A stretch of 63,569 nucleotides of DNA, counting the filler, from Folioceros fuciformis (taxonomy: Eukaryota), in NCBI GenBank assembly GCA_049999805.1. It is 10 parts of 10 records of this genome, joined end to end, with 100 filler letters (N's around TTAATTAATTAA, not from the genome) between each part and the next. Parts side by side here need not be neighbours in the genome. Positions count along the whole stretch, not along the records: positions 48,794 to 54,324 come from JBNGIO010003374.1; positions 54,425 to 57,211 come from JBNGIO010003375.1; positions 57,312 to 63,569 come from JBNGIO010003376.1; 7 more parts are not named here. The stretch is one strand, 5' to 3'. Of this stretch, positions 48,976 through 62,317 are shown piece after piece; position 1 is the first letter of the stretch; every line of letters begins with the position of its first letter. The notes under the pieces were generated by a model. It saw only the letters and a list, made by a program, of their open reading frames with translations, made no database searches and had not been told where the DNA came from. The position numbers and the translations under genes are program-made.

Positions 48976-51900
48976 ATGGGCGTTAGCATTCTGATGTATC
49001 TGGCTGGATGGATGAGGTATTCTTGCGGACTAGAAGCTGCTTCTGGTTTTGGCTGGCGAACAGGAGCGCGCTTCTTGAATTGAAGCGCACTGGTTGAGGT
49101 TTTCTGACGTTGGTGAGATGAACGTCGTGGCGTGATTGCAGTTCAGGGACTGATCATGCTCTACAACACCTTGAGCTTGTCCTCGAATCTGACTAACTGG
49201 AGTACGGATAGCAATTCCGATCCATGCAACTCGAACCCCGGTCAAGCATGGAAGGGAGTCTTTTGCGAAGGTCCAGCTGTCACCCAGATGTGAGAACTCC
49301 GCACCGTGTGATTTATGTGGCTTGTGCGACGTTGATGGACTGGACACTTCGGCCGTATCGCTGCTGACACTGCTGTCTCTAGTGTGATACCCAACTTGAA
49401 CTTGGCAGGGAACCTACAAAATGCCGGCCCCGCGCTGCAAGGCATGTCTGCCCTGCTCAATTTGTAAGCTACCTCGAAACTTGTCATACATTGGTCAACC
49501 GCGGGTATGCACTTCTGAGGTGTCGGGGCCGTTCGCCCTGTACTGACTGGTGATGGAGTGGGTTTGCAGGGACCTGAGCTTGAACTCCATCTCGTCATCC
49601 TTTCCGAACCAACTTCCTGCAAGTCTTCAGAATCTGTACTGTTCTCTGGACACCCTTAATACTCGGGAGTGTGTGGTTCGGAATTTGATGCCTGAATTTG
49701 AGTACGTGAGGCTTCCCTGCGCACTACTGTAGGATTTCTCTCATCCGTTGGCTTGTTGCGACTGCAGGAACCTTGCCTTCAACAGCTTGTATGGGAGCCT
49801 GCCTTCCAGTTTGTCGACTCTTGGGTTTTTGGTCACCTTGTCAGTACCACCATGCGACGCCTAGTAATGCCTTTAGTATTCGAGTTCTGCTTGATTAGTC
49901 TCTGAGTCCTGCCTACTCCTTGTGGTAGGAATGTGAGTCACAATGACCTCTCTGGCGGAATACCAGATGTTTTCCAGTCCTTGCCGGCTTTAAACTCCTT
50001 GTGAGTGTGTCCTTGTAACTCCTGCGTTCGTCTCCTTGTACTTTTTCAAACCTTGTATTCTTGATTGATAAAAGCTTACTTGCTTCTTTTATGGCGTTGG
50101 GAACAGGGATTTCTCCTCCAACGCCTTAACTGGGCCGCTTCCCGCCTCAATGGGCGCCCTCACAAATCTAGTTACTTTGTAAGTATTTGGTCCTTGTGTA
50201 TCCTCATTAGCTATTCCTTGTGCTGTCCTTGACCGTGGAAGCAGCTCGTCTTGCTTGTGCAATGACGTCAGTTGTGCGTTCTTGAGTGAGCAGGGACCTG
50301 CAAAACAATAACCTGAACACCCAGCTCCCAGATTTCCTTGCGACTCTTCCTGCGCTGACACTTCTGTAAGGCCTGGCCTCCACATTAGTTGGTTTGCAGC
50401 GGCTTGACTTTTGTTTGGGGAGTCCTTATGTGCGTGAGGAAGCTGATTACTTTCGCTGACTGCATATCAGGAATGTCTCGACCAACGACTTCACCGGCTT
50501 GATTCCTCCAGGGCTCTTGACTAAGCCAGGGCTCACCTTTGTGTATGTGTCCATGCCTTTTCGTCTAAAGCAATGGTTTCTGTGCTAAGGGGCGAATTTT
50601 GCTATCAGGGTATGGCACGTATGGGCACTATATTTGGCTTGTTGCTGTTTGCAGGTACGACAACAATCAGTTCACCTTCTCCCCACCTCCGCCNNNNNNN
50701 NNNNNNNNNNNNNNNNNNNNNNNNNNNNNNNNNNNNNNNNNNNNNNNNNNNNNNNNNNNNNNNNNNNNNNNNNNNNNNNNNNNNNNNNNNNNNGCTTTGG
50801 CAGCCATCGCAGTTGTGGTTCTGGTAATACTTCTCCTGTTGAAGAGAAAGCAAGAGAAGAAGGGGGATGAAGAGAAGCAGAGCGAGTCCTCTACTTGGTT
50901 TGGACCGCTCAACCCTTCACAAGGTTTGTCTCGTATAACTCATCAAGACTCGTGCTCACTATACTTGCCCTGAGTGCATGAATCGTTAGGCCTCCCTTCG
51001 TAGACTCTTGATTGATGGCACAGCAGGTGACATCTAGCAGCGTTTCTGTTGGTTATCTGGCTCTTCGTTTATGGGTAGTTTGCTCTGTGGAGACAGAAAG
51101 GTCAACTGGAAGCAGTTCCAAGTTTGCACCCTGGAAAGCAGGTGAGATGAAACATGGTTGAGCGCCCCGCGTCGTGTAGCGCTTCTACCCTAGTGTGCTA
51201 AGTGCAAGGAACGGGCGTGGCAGGAACGGCAGCTGCTGCTGAGGAGACACCAGTGGTTGAGCTTGTGAAGACATCTCCTCCTGAAAAGTCCAACTTCAGA
51301 CCTGTTCCTCCTGAGAAGCTGAAGGCTCCAGTTGAAACGCCGTCCGTGCGATCTGCTTCAAGTAAGGGTAATGGTCACAAGGTCCCTATCTCAGCTACAG
51401 CCTACTCCGTTGCAGACCTTCAAGCTGCCACGAACAGCTTCGGTCAGGAAAGTCTCATCGGTGAAGGGGCATTGGGCCGTGTTTATCGGGGCGAATTCCC
51501 CAATGGGAAGGTACTTCCGTCTGCACGAAGCTCCTGTTGAATTTTGTCATGCCTAAACTGGATAAGTCCGTGAGTCTACCATGTCCTCCGTTTGGGCTAA
51601 AGTTTTCTCACCGTTTTTGTGTTTCCTCAGGTATACGCAGTGAAGAAACTGGATACCACTGCCCCTCTCGTACAGAATGAAGACGATTTCCTGAGCATCG
51701 TGGCCAGCATTTCACGCCTTCGGCACTCAAACATCACAGAACTTGTCGGCTATTGTGCGGAGCATGGGCAGCGTCTCCTGGTGTACGAATACGTTAGCAG
51801 AGGCACTCTGAATGAGACTTTGCACGCAGCGGAGGAGAATATCAAGAGGCTGTCTTGGAACCAACGTGTGAAAATTGCACTGGGTGCAGCACGAGCTTTG

Positions 51901-52871
51901 GAGTGAGTGGGATGCAGCTTCTCGCTTGAAGGCTTCTTGCTTTCCATCCTTTAGGACTTCGACGCCTAACTCGCTCTTTGTTTGCTTTCAGGTATCTGCA
52001 TGAGGTGTGCCTGCCTGCAGTGGTTCATCGTAATTTTAAGTCAGCCAACATTTTGTTGGATGAGGAGCTCAATCCACACCTGTCGGATTGTGGAATTGCA
52101 GCTCTTACGCCCTTCGGTTCAGAACGTCAGGTAATTGTGCTTCATTCACTGGTGTGATTGGTCTTCGGCCTTCCAGACTTCGCCGTGCAGGAATGCGGGT
52201 CAATTGGTGAGCTTGATGTTGTGGTGGGCTGTCTGTCTGAATGTAGGTCTCTGCTCAAATGTTGGGCTCATTTGGGTACAGTGCACCCGAGTACGCAATG
52301 TCAGGGATTTACACAGTGAAGAGTGATGTTTACAGCTTCGGTGTAGTGATGCTTGAACTCTTGACTGGACGGAAGCCCCTAGACAGGTACCTCTAGTCCC
52401 ACTACTGGTGTCCTGATTCGTAAGTCTTGCAGCGCTGTGTACGTGGTAACGCTGACATTGTATGCGTGTGGTCTCCTCAGCACAAGGACCAGAAGCGAGC
52501 AGTCACTGGTAAGATGGGCAACTCCTCAGCTCCACGACATCGATGCACTTGCCAAGATGGTGGATCCAGCCTTGAAAGGAATCTACCCTGCCAAGTCTCT
52601 CTCGCGCTTCGCTGATGTGGTCGCCCTCTGCGTCCAGGTCCGTCTCTTGCCGTGTCCCCGTTCCAGTTCCAAGATTCCCTTGTGTCTGACATTCTGTGTC
52701 CGCATTGTGTGGCAGCCGGAACCGGAATTCCGACCTCCTATGTCCGAGGTCGTTCAAGCTTTGGTACGGCTGATGCAACGCGCAAGCCTGAGTAAACGGA
52801 GGTCTGGTGACGACTTGGGGTCCTCACAGCGTAGTCTGGATCGTCACGACATCTCGGATTCTTCGGCATGA
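48976..52871 (+). CDS. SRF: STRUBBELIG-receptor family (LRR-V) receptor-like kinase, SRF6-8-like
   Basis: NW...DPC...WKGVFC exon from 49142, several one-LRR exons, TM segment at ~50800, kinase with [49 protein letters not shown] and [15 protein letters not shown]. Start codon is uncertain. Confidence 0.95.
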
Positions 52872-53600
52872 TGACACGCGTGCCCACGGGTCAGCAAGTT
52901 GTTTGAGAACTCGCGAATTCCGGATCGTCTTCGGGAGGCCTCGGTCAAACGCGATTCGTCTCTGAGGATACAGCATCTGCAGCAATAAGCATTTGCTCGC
53001 TGTATCCAGCTGGTCGGCCATCGGAGGCCGATATCTATTGGAATCTCTACCATTTGTTTGTTGTTGTACATCATCCCTGTGTAAAGCTGATGTGTCCGCG
53101 CAGCATTGGGCTATCTGAAACCACTTTTGTGAAACTCCACCCCCTTGGGAACTGTCTTAATTTCTGCACGTGTCCTTTTCCTTATATATCGAATCATACA
53201 TTAAAAACAATTATAAAATTCAAAAAAGAAAGTCACGGTCTTCCAACTACGAAGTCACGGAATCCAAACCAGAAAGCCATGGACAAAAAGGTCATAAAAT
53301 TCAAATAAGAAAGCTCCAGAATTCCATCCGAAAAGTCAAGTCTAAAAAACCACCGGGTTCAAATAAAAAACCATAAAATTAAAAACCTACGTAGGAATCG
53401 ATAAACAAAAAATTTAAAAAGTCCATGTAAAGGTCCTACTTCATTTGATGAACAAGAGGTTTAGTAAAAAAAACAAAATTAGACTTTTACTGTTCACTAG
53501 CAACGTCAAAAATTCTGGACCAAGCCAACGGGTCTTTATTTCCAATAATTATAAGGATAAAAGAATGTTAGTAGAACGTACCGACGAAGAGGAATCGACA

Positions 53601-54171
53601 TCAGGGAACCTTGTCGAAAGGCAGTGTGTCCTTGTAGCACGTGGACCACACTCTACGTAGTGCTGCTTCGGCATCTCGTTGGGGGCAATGAGGGTTTTGA
53701 GTTACCGAGAACAAAGCTCTCCGCTTTACACAGACCTGCCACAGTGGGGGGACCTTACAATCCAAGCTGTTGTGAAGCCAGCAGGAAACACATAAGAAGT
53801 GCAATTACCTGATGTTGGGCTTGAAGGCCTGTGTTTCCTCGTAGAAGCTCCCGATTCCAATGACAGTCTCCACTGAGGTTTGCGGCTCGAATCTAAGAAT
53901 CCGGGAGCAACAACGTTGTCTTTGTTGAGATTTAGAAGCGGGGAAGGAGTTGGAAATATTGTGAATGACGTGGTCAGTGAAACACGAAGGCGGACGATCC
54001 AACACCATGGAGCCATCGTAGAATGAAAGCTACCTCACTGCACGCGTGATGCTCGCAGTTGGACCAGTCCAGATTTGCGCTCCGACAGTGATCATAGGCA
54101 TGGATGAGTTCATGTGTCAAGGCCACGTCCACTTCATCCTGATACGCAACGTGGTTGCTGCAAATGACAAT
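53601..54171 (-). CDS. ATP23: Mitochondrial inner-membrane protease ATP23 (peptidase M76), last three exons; 5' part beyond the contig end
   Basis: Exons 54034-54171, 53809-53892 and 53601-53735 give [43 protein letters not shown]...CYKDTLPFDKVP*. Confidence 0.93.
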
Positions 54172-57100
54172 CTGAGATCACAAGAATCGGCAGTCACGTT
54201 GAACAGTGGTGGTGTGGTTCACAAGCTCCTCAGCAGACTCCACCAGAGCAAGCCAGACAAGAAGTAACAGGGCTGTAATGCCTTCTCTGTATACATGCAT
54301 GCATAGATACATACCCCGCTATTCNNNNNNNNNNNNNNNNNNNNNNNNNNNNNNNNNNNNNNNNNNNNTTAATTAATTAANNNNNNNNNNNNNNNNNNNN
54401 NNNNNNNNNNNNNNNNNNNNNNNNGGGGCGGGGGCAGGTACAAAGGCAGGCGCGGGGAGAGAGAGTGGCAGGGACAGGGGCAGTAGCCGGGGCCGAGGCC
54501 AGACCTGGAAGAGGCAGGCGCAGGGGCGCGGGCGCGGCCCTGGCCACGAGAGAGTGGTCGAGAAGCAAACAGGTAACAGGAGCGGCACTGCAGCCTGGCA
54601 ATGGCAGGCGACTGAATGTACATCGAGAGATGTAGTATACGTATACTCCAGTGTGCGGCAGGCGCGCGCTAGCGCCTGTCTCGGCCTCTTCCCACTGCCT
54701 CTGAGTGGCACATTCATTCCCCATGAGCTCCCTCCCCTCCGCTGCAACACCGTGCCACTGACTGGTCCAACGAGACTGAGAGACTGGGAGTGGAGTGTCT
54801 TGTCACGGCTCTCGACTTGCACTTGCACTCGCACTCGCACACTTGTCTTTCAGCCCCAAACTCGGCCTCAGATACTCATGAAATCGGTGTGCAGCAGCCG
54901 AGTGTGATTTGATTGAGATGAGAGACCTGTCGCCAGTGCGTGGCCTGCAGCAGCAGTCTCTCATCACGCCGGCCTGCTACTGCTGCGGCTGCTTGCCTGG
55001 TACACGTTGTACGCCTCCACCCGGCCCCGCCCCCCCCGCGCCTGGCCGAGGGGAGGCAGGGCGGGGGAGGGAAGGAAAGGGAGGCGAGGGTCGCAAGCCG
55101 GATGATGACAAATCCGCCACTCATCACCAAATCTTACCAAGATCCCACACTCACTACAATTCAAGTTCCAGCCGGTGATGTTCCCAGTCCCAATGTTAAC
55201 TTGCAAAGCTCCAGCTGGGCGTCTGATGCTGCTGAAGCTGGCGTCTGTGTCTGTGTCTGTGGCTGGGCCTGGGCCTGGCTCTGGCTGGCCCTGCCCACTG
55301 CCACGCCTGAGCCTGAAGCCCGAGCCTGAGCCCTGCCCATCACTGTTGCCAGACTCGGCCACCCATGTTGCTATTTGCTGGGCCCTCTGCCCTGATGGGA
55401 GTCCTGACTCAACTCCAGGGGGCTGGCCGCTCCGCTGCTTGCTGGACCTTGGCAAGGGCTGAGAGATGCCTCTGTGGAGGCTCTCGTCCCACTCTCCACA
55501 CATTGCCATTCACGTGATCGCATCCTCCATCCTCCTTCCTCCGCAGCCCCCGTGACTTCCTCACCCCACCCCACCCCACTCTGTGTGCCCACTCCGCACT
55601 GCCCGGCCCCTGCCAAACCCCCTTTCACCTTTCGTCCCGTTGACCCATTTTTCAAATCTCCTCATCCCAACGTTATGTGACCTAACAAAGCATGACTTGT
55701 CACTCAGCCACCACGGTGGCCCTTCTAATTCTTTACCTTGTTCAATTCTGTTCCCACACTACTACATTCTTCCTCAACGTCCAATTCTGCTCCCACATTA
55801 CCAGATACCTCCCCGTGCCCCAAACCCTGCCAGGCCCCATGCCCTCCTGCGCAAGTGCGGAATTCTCTTAAAGGAACGGAACACGGAATTTCAACCACTC
55901 TCCTCTCAACTCCTCTGCTGGGTTTTGCCAACTTGAAAATTAAGAAGGCAATGCTACAACCCAACAACTTAGCTTTTCAATGGACGTATTTGCTCAAACT
56001 AGGAACGTACTTCATGTTTTTTTGGGAAACCAAGATCTCCTCAGACTTAGAATGCTTCTAACTACAAGATGAGGAATCTCTAGGAGAGTGTCTTAAAGTT
56101 TAAATTATTTAGCTTTTCGTATCTTTAAAAATCAAGACATAAGTCAAGTCATTTTTGAAATTTAACTTGAGTTTGCTTTAAGCTGAGATGTAGAGAAATA
56201 TTCAAGTATGTCTTATGATTTTTTAAAAAATGCAAGGGTAAGAACATGATACAAAATCTAACACATGATGAATATAATTTAACTTGCATACAAGCAAGTC
56301 TATGTCATTAAGGAGCCACTATCAACCTTACCCATGTCTATAATGCTTACTTATGTTACTCTACAAACTCACTTGAGACATACTCTTGGTCTTTTGAATA
56401 TTTTATCATTTTTGAATAATCTATGATTATGTCTCATATATGGTTCCATGTATTGGGCATATTGACCTTCCTAGCATGAGGTCTTGATGTAGGATCATTA
56501 GCAAAGTAAAGTCCAATTTTTTGTTAACAAAAGTTGGACAATCCCTTGTTGAATTCCACGTAAGAGATCTTAATGTTCTCATGTAGAAAATCTTAAACTA
56601 AATCCTAAACCTCTTTCATATCTAAATATGTCATAGAGAAACATAAATTGATGTGTGTTGATGACCNNNNNNNNNNNNNNNNNNNNNNNNNNNNNNNNNN
56701 NNNNNNNNNNNNNNNNNNNNNNNNNNNNNNNNNNNNNNNNNNNNNNNNNNNNNNNNNNNNNNNNNNGGGTGGAAGTACGAGGAATTACATTACAGTTCAA
56801 ACAATCTCATGTGTAAATTATTTTTCTTATGGTAGAAAGTACTACTTGAGATTGTGGTGTGTGGGAACAACTTCAATGGACACATCTTATGTGCTTTGGT
56901 GGTACAATGCAATTGAATCATGAATGTAGGACACCACGAAGTAGATATGTACATGGAGGATTGAGTACAAACATGATACATGTCATTCCAAGGCTCCAAT
57001 ATAACCTATGAATATGTGTAAGTAGTCTGGTTGAGAGAGGAACCTACTAATAAATAAATGGGCTCCAACTGAGAAGCCTTAAAGGGCGACCTACAATAAA

Positions 57101-57411
57101 GGCTTGGTTGGATTGTGGAAGGAAGGGGGATATGCAGGAAACCCAAGGCCCAAGGAAACGGAAACTGAAAACAGTGTATGGATAGTACGAAGAAGCGAAG
57201 GGAAAGGTACGNNNNNNNNNNNNNNNNNNNNNNNNNNNNNNNNNNNNNNNNNNNNTTAATTAATTAANNNNNNNNNNNNNNNNNNNNNNNNNNNNNNNNN
57301 NNNNNNNNNNNATCGAGACCTATGGACATCTAATCCCGGGTAGCCTAAGTCAGGTGTGTGTAAGAAGCTCCACCGAAAACAAGGAAACAAAAAAACACTC
57401 CCCACGGCTGT

Positions 57412-58934
57412 TCAAGTCCGCTGGGGAAGCTTACTAAACGCAGCATGAATCCGAGCATCGGGAGTGGCTCGAAAGTTCTCATAATAATCAAGAATGTCCA
57501 TAGTTATGTCCTTCACCTGCCAAGAAACCACGACGTCTTCAGGTTGGCGACAAGAAAGCCAACCCTCCAAGCCAAGCCAAAGATGTGATGGCACGCACCA
57601 CATTCATATCCACGCGCAAATCCTCAAACCACGTTCGAGTGTCCCTGTCCTTCATGACGCAGGCGAGTAAAATGCATGCCAGCGCGATCATGTGTGGTGG
57701 ATATATGAGAATGAGGTCCGTCCTGTACGAGTCGTTCACAAGGGACCTACAAAGACGAGGCAGTTTAGCCATGATGGTTCTACACGTCGCATGCAGCATC
57801 CCCTGAGTTCCAAACGGCAACCAGAATACTAACCAGCAATGTTGGGTGAGATCTGTCAAGCCCGCGTCTCTCAGCATCCTGCAGGTTGGGCACACGAGTC
57901 AGTACACACACGTTCAACGTTGTAAGAGTGACTTGCGCAGTGCCACAGTACTTACAACACGAGGGGACGATAAGGATGATAGATCACAAGGTAAAAGTCC
58001 AGGGCTTCCAGCAGCCTCATTTCCATTTCCAAAACGTCCTTTATTTCAAACCGGAATCCTTTGTCGTCTGGAGCTACTCCTGCTCATGTCCAGTCAGTCA
58101 CCCGACACTATCTCAACTTCGTCCACACACACAAACAATGCGAATAAAACTACGAAGCAGACACAAGATAACGGACAGGAAAGATACTCACTGATCTTTT
58201 TCATGTAGAAAACCAAAAGCTTCGCTTGTATAGTACTTTCTTCGGCCTTCGAAGCTAGATACAGGCACGTTGGGGCAACCAGTCTAGGATCTAACTCCGA
58301 AAAACACTTCCTGCCATGACCCAAAATACTATGCTTAACCTCGCCTCCTTAATCACGGGCTGATACGAAACCAACCCCTGCACAACAATACTTTACCTTG
58401 TGTACACACGTCTGAAGTAAGCAACTGCTGTCGCTACAACTCTGCCGTCAACAGTTTGGACCACATTCAGAACTTACAAAGCTCGGTATGAGGACGAAAA
58501 CAAGAGGGTGCACTACAGCAAACAGCCTCACCGCTGCCTTACTTTGGCTTGCGTTGCTAGTTGCCTAATATCTGTCATCAAATGCACAAAACCGCATACC
58601 GTACTTCAGCATGCGTGAGACCATAAAAAGTAGCAGGGCAGCATACAATACGAACCCTAAACACGGGTCCGGCAATGCTCTAGCATACTAACAGCATGAT
58701 AAGTGGATTTTGATCAGTTTCACATCCTCTGCCGTCAGACCACGTTCTTGATCCGCAGGCAGAACCTTCCCAACTTCAGCCCGGTCCATGAGCATTTTGC
58801 TGTGACACAAGCAACAAGTCATATCACTGCAGCTTGAATCCCACACCCTTCAGAACCCAAGAAAAGCCTTTCGGCTCCCAAGTTTACAACCAGGCAGCTC
58901 ACCAGTGCGAGGAGGTCCAATAATTTGCCGCCAT
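57412..58934 (-). CDS. CYCC1: Cyclin C (Mediator CDK8 module)
   Basis: Multi-exon: MAANYWTSSHC, KVRQRVVATAVAYFRRVY, DPRLVAPTCLYLASKAEES, NDSYRTDLILIYPPHMIALACI, WFEDLRVDMN. Confidence 0.96.
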
Positions 58935-60512
58935 TTAGCTGCACTGTCACACTCCTGCCAGTGCCCAGCTTGGGGTCATAAAAACTATGCCTCACCTTGG
59001 ACCACCTGCGTCCGACTCCTTACAGGACCGCAGCTTCCACTACCAAGGCACCAAGACAAAAACCCTAGACACAGCCAGAACCCACAAACTATACACACTT
59101 AACGCCCGAAGAAGACGAAACAAAATCCTCAAGGCACAAGCAGACTAGCAGACATTCAGACACCAAGCAAACTACCGATTGAAGCAAGGAAAAGCCCACC
59201 GTCGCACCATCGCTCAACTAGGAGCTTGCATGGCGGGCTGTCATCATAGTGCTGCGTGACACCATCCCTCTGCCACCAGCCTGGTCGGCATCCAGCACGC
59301 ATAACAAGAACGTATCGAACGCACGACCCAGCAGCGGCAAGGACAACCTCCTTCTCCTCCAGTCGGAATAAACCGAGGAAGAAAAGCAGGCGAGAGATGG
59401 AAACAGCACTCCGATAAGATCAAGTAGTGTGACCTAAATCAGTCTACCGTCCGTTTATATGCAGACCCACACAAGACTTTAGGGCCAGGTGAACTGAGAG
59501 ACGGTGTCGAATCTTTGCCGTCGTTCATCCAACATTCATGGCAGGCGGNNNNNNNNNNNNNNNNNNNNNNNNNNNNNNNNNNNNNNNNNNNNNNNNNNNN
59601 NNNNNNNNNNNNNNNNNNNNNNNNNNNNNNNNNNNNNNNNNNNNNNNNAAGTAATACTTATCACACATTTTTTAGCTAAACATAAAAGTAAACTTAAATA
59701 AAGCTTAGAATGAATATATAGAATTAAATTTAAGTCATTAAATTAATACAAGTAACGGAAAAGCCTCGGTTTTCTGTGGCACTGCAAAACAACACGTGCG
59801 ATGTGTGGGTTCAAGCTGGTTTGCATTACGACCAAAAAATAAAAAAATTGCGGTGCCCGAGATCAAGCTGGTTTGCACTACTACAAGGAGTCCATTTACT
59901 TGAATGGAATCTGCCATTTATCCACAATAAGCGGTAGCTGAACCGGGCTTGTAAAAAATGGTTACAGATTTCCCGGTCTCGTAAGAGAGGACAGTGATAT
60001 CACGTGCCCGAGGTCAGGCGGGGAGTCGAAACCGACTGCGTTCGAGCGAGCGCAAGTGGTGGCCATGGAAAGTGCAATTGATGTGCCGACCGTTTGTCAC
60101 CATGTTCGAGGCCGTGCAATGCCCTAGATCTCGGGGCTACCTCTGATGCTGGAAGCGAGGTGTTCATCTGCGGAGCCATGGTCTGCATAGTCGCAAGCAG
60201 GGGCTGCGGATGAGCTTTTTCCGGGGCGTGGAAATGATCTGCTCCGGGAGTACCTAATCGAGCTGGAGGCGAGCAGGAAGTGCGTAGACTGGTGAAGGTG
60301 CGTAGTTTTGTTGGTGGAGAAGGCTTGTGTGGTTTGGTTTGGGGGAGCTGGGGACCGGGACGAAGAATATACGGGTTGGGGTTGTGGTTGTGTTTGAGAT
60401 GTTGGATGCTTGGCCTAGCTCTGTGGATGTGGTGTGCATGCTGTGCGGGTGGCTGCGGAGCTCGCTGACAGTCTGGTAGCGGCTGCAGAACGGTGAGAGG
60501 GAGGTGAGGGGA

Positions 60513-61622
60513 ATGGGGCGAGCTACTGCGCCATTTCTGGTGGTGGTGGCCTTTTCGGTCTTTGTGGCGACTTACAACACCGTGAGCATGATCTCGAACT
60601 ACTATCAGCATGCGGTCTTGGAGTCTGATGACGCGGATGTGTGGTCGGGGAGGAGGATGAATTCCTTTTTTGACCCGGTGGTGAAGATCCCTGAGAATGT
60701 ACTGAATGCTGGGAAGAAGAAACGGTTGTTTCATGTGGCTGTGACGGCCAATGACTCGCCTTACAACCGATGGCAGTGTCGGATCATGTATTATTGGTAC
60801 AAGAAGTTTAAGGACCATCCGGACTCTGAAATGGGAGGCTTTACAAGGATATTGCATGATGGAAAGCCCGACGGAGTGATGGAGGAGATCCCCACGGTTG
60901 TGGTGAACCCTCTTCCCCCGGGGGAGGACCGAGGGTATGTGGTGCTCAACAGGCCGTGGGCGTTTGTTCAGTGGCTCGAACAGTACCCTATTGAGGAAGA
61001 GTATATCTTGATGGCCGAGCCTGACCACATCTTTGTTAGGCCTTTGCCGAATCTGGCCACAGAGGAGATGCCTGTTGCTTTTCCCTTTTTCTACATTGCA
61101 CCGGAGAAGAATGAGGAGATTCTGCGCAAGTTTTTTCCAAAGTCCAGAGGCCCTATCACTAAGATAGACCCCATTGGTAACTCCCCTGTTATCATCAAGA
61201 AGAGTCAGCTGCAGAAGATTGCTCCTACCTGGAAGACTGTGTCCATGGCCATGAAGGATGACAAAGAAGCAGATAAGGTGTTCGGGTGGGTTTTGGAGAT
61301 GTACGGCTATGCCACCGCTTCTGCCCTGCACAATGTGTCCCATGTTTTGCGAAAGGATTTCATGCTGCAGCCCCCTTGGGATACCGAACTCGGCGACGCC
61401 TACATAATCCACTACACGTATGGCTGTGACTACGACCTGAAGGGCAAGCTGACCTACGGAACAATTGGAGAGTGGCGATTTGACAAGCGTTCATTTACTG
61501 GCGGGGCTCCCCCCAAGAACCTGCCTCTGCCACCCCCTGGCGTTCCTGAGACTGTGGTAACTCTTGTCCGGGCGGTGAATGAGGCAACAGCTAACATTCC
61601 AGGATGGCAGGAAGGAGCATGA
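60513..61622 (+). CDS. HPAT: Hydroxyproline O-arabinosyltransferase (GT95, HPAT/RDN1-like); single coding exon
   Basis: Type II signal anchor, then FHVAVTA, WQCRIMYYWY, MGGFTRILH, YVVLNRPWAFVQWL, LMAEPDH, IDPIGNSP, FGWVLEMY, IIHYTYGCD and WRFDKR. Confidence 0.96.
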   Translation: MGRATAPFLVVVAFSVFVATYNTVSMISNYYQHAVLESDDADVWSGRRMNSFFDPVVKIPENVLNAGKKKRLFHVAVTANDSPYNRWQCRIMYYWYKKFKDHPDSEMGGFTRILHDGKPDGVMEEIPTVVVNPLPPGEDRGYVVLNRPWAFVQWLEQYPIEEEYILMAEPDHIFVRPLPNLATEEMPVAFPFFYIAPEKNEEILRKFFPKSRGPITKIDPIGNSPVIIKKSQLQKIAPTWKTVSMAMKDDKEADKVFGWVLEMYGYATASALHNVSHVLRKDFMLQPPWDTELGDAYIIHYTYGCDYDLKGKLTYGTIGEWRFDKRSFTGGAPPKNLPLPPPGVPETVVTLVRAVNEATANIPGWQEGA

Positions 61623-62317
61623 TGTATAGCCTCTACAAAATATGGTGAGCTCCCTGCTCGTGGGGACCCTGAAGACAGCGAGGGTACGCATCCTCATCGG
61701 AGTCAGAGGAGATAAAACACTTTGCCAGGGCTTTGCACACTGACGAAATTGTTGGGTCTTTGTAAAGGTCCTGAAGATCTTGAAAATGCTGGTGTTGCTA
61801 TCAGATTGCTCTTAACGAGAGGTTGCAAGGTTGGGCCCTTTGGTACTGTCGTGTAGGCAGGTACTTATGGGCCCGATATCCTCTTTCTGTACCAACACGC
61901 TTTATTTAAGCTCTCTGAGCATTCTATATGTGATTTCAGGAGGCTGCTTCATGTACATACATACAAGAACTTGAAGACCCCTTTTGGATTATCGGAGATC
62001 TAAATGCTTTCCTGTATGTGTTAGCAGGAAAGTTCAGCCCCGTTATCCTCACCATCGTCCTTTATCTCAAGCTACACCTGGCGATTGTCCGCCCTACTGC
62101 TGCCACACAAACGAGTCCACACCTTTCCACGTCCTCAACTTGGGTGGGACTTCAAGGTTGTAGTGCTTTGTTTTTTTGTCTAGATCCAATGCACGGGCAA
62201 GTATAGTTACATCACCAGCCGTTCTGGCTTCAGCAACAATGTTGACACCCTCGGAACTCCCTTTCGGATCGCCTTCAATGGGCCTCCGAATGAACATCAA
62301 TTCTTCAGTGGTCGTGG

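Noticed and set aside
52020-52095. HRN instead of HRD, and DCG instead of DFG, in the kinase
   Set aside because: Known property of STRUBBELIG-family kinases; not novel.
54690-54775. Partial matches to miR166/miR319/miR408 ends
   Set aside because: Only ~9-10 nt matches; no full mature miRNA.
60000-61412. 470-aa antisense ORF overlapping HPAT
   Set aside because: Lies on the opposite strand of a conserved CDS and has no recognisable domain; most likely a shadow ORF.
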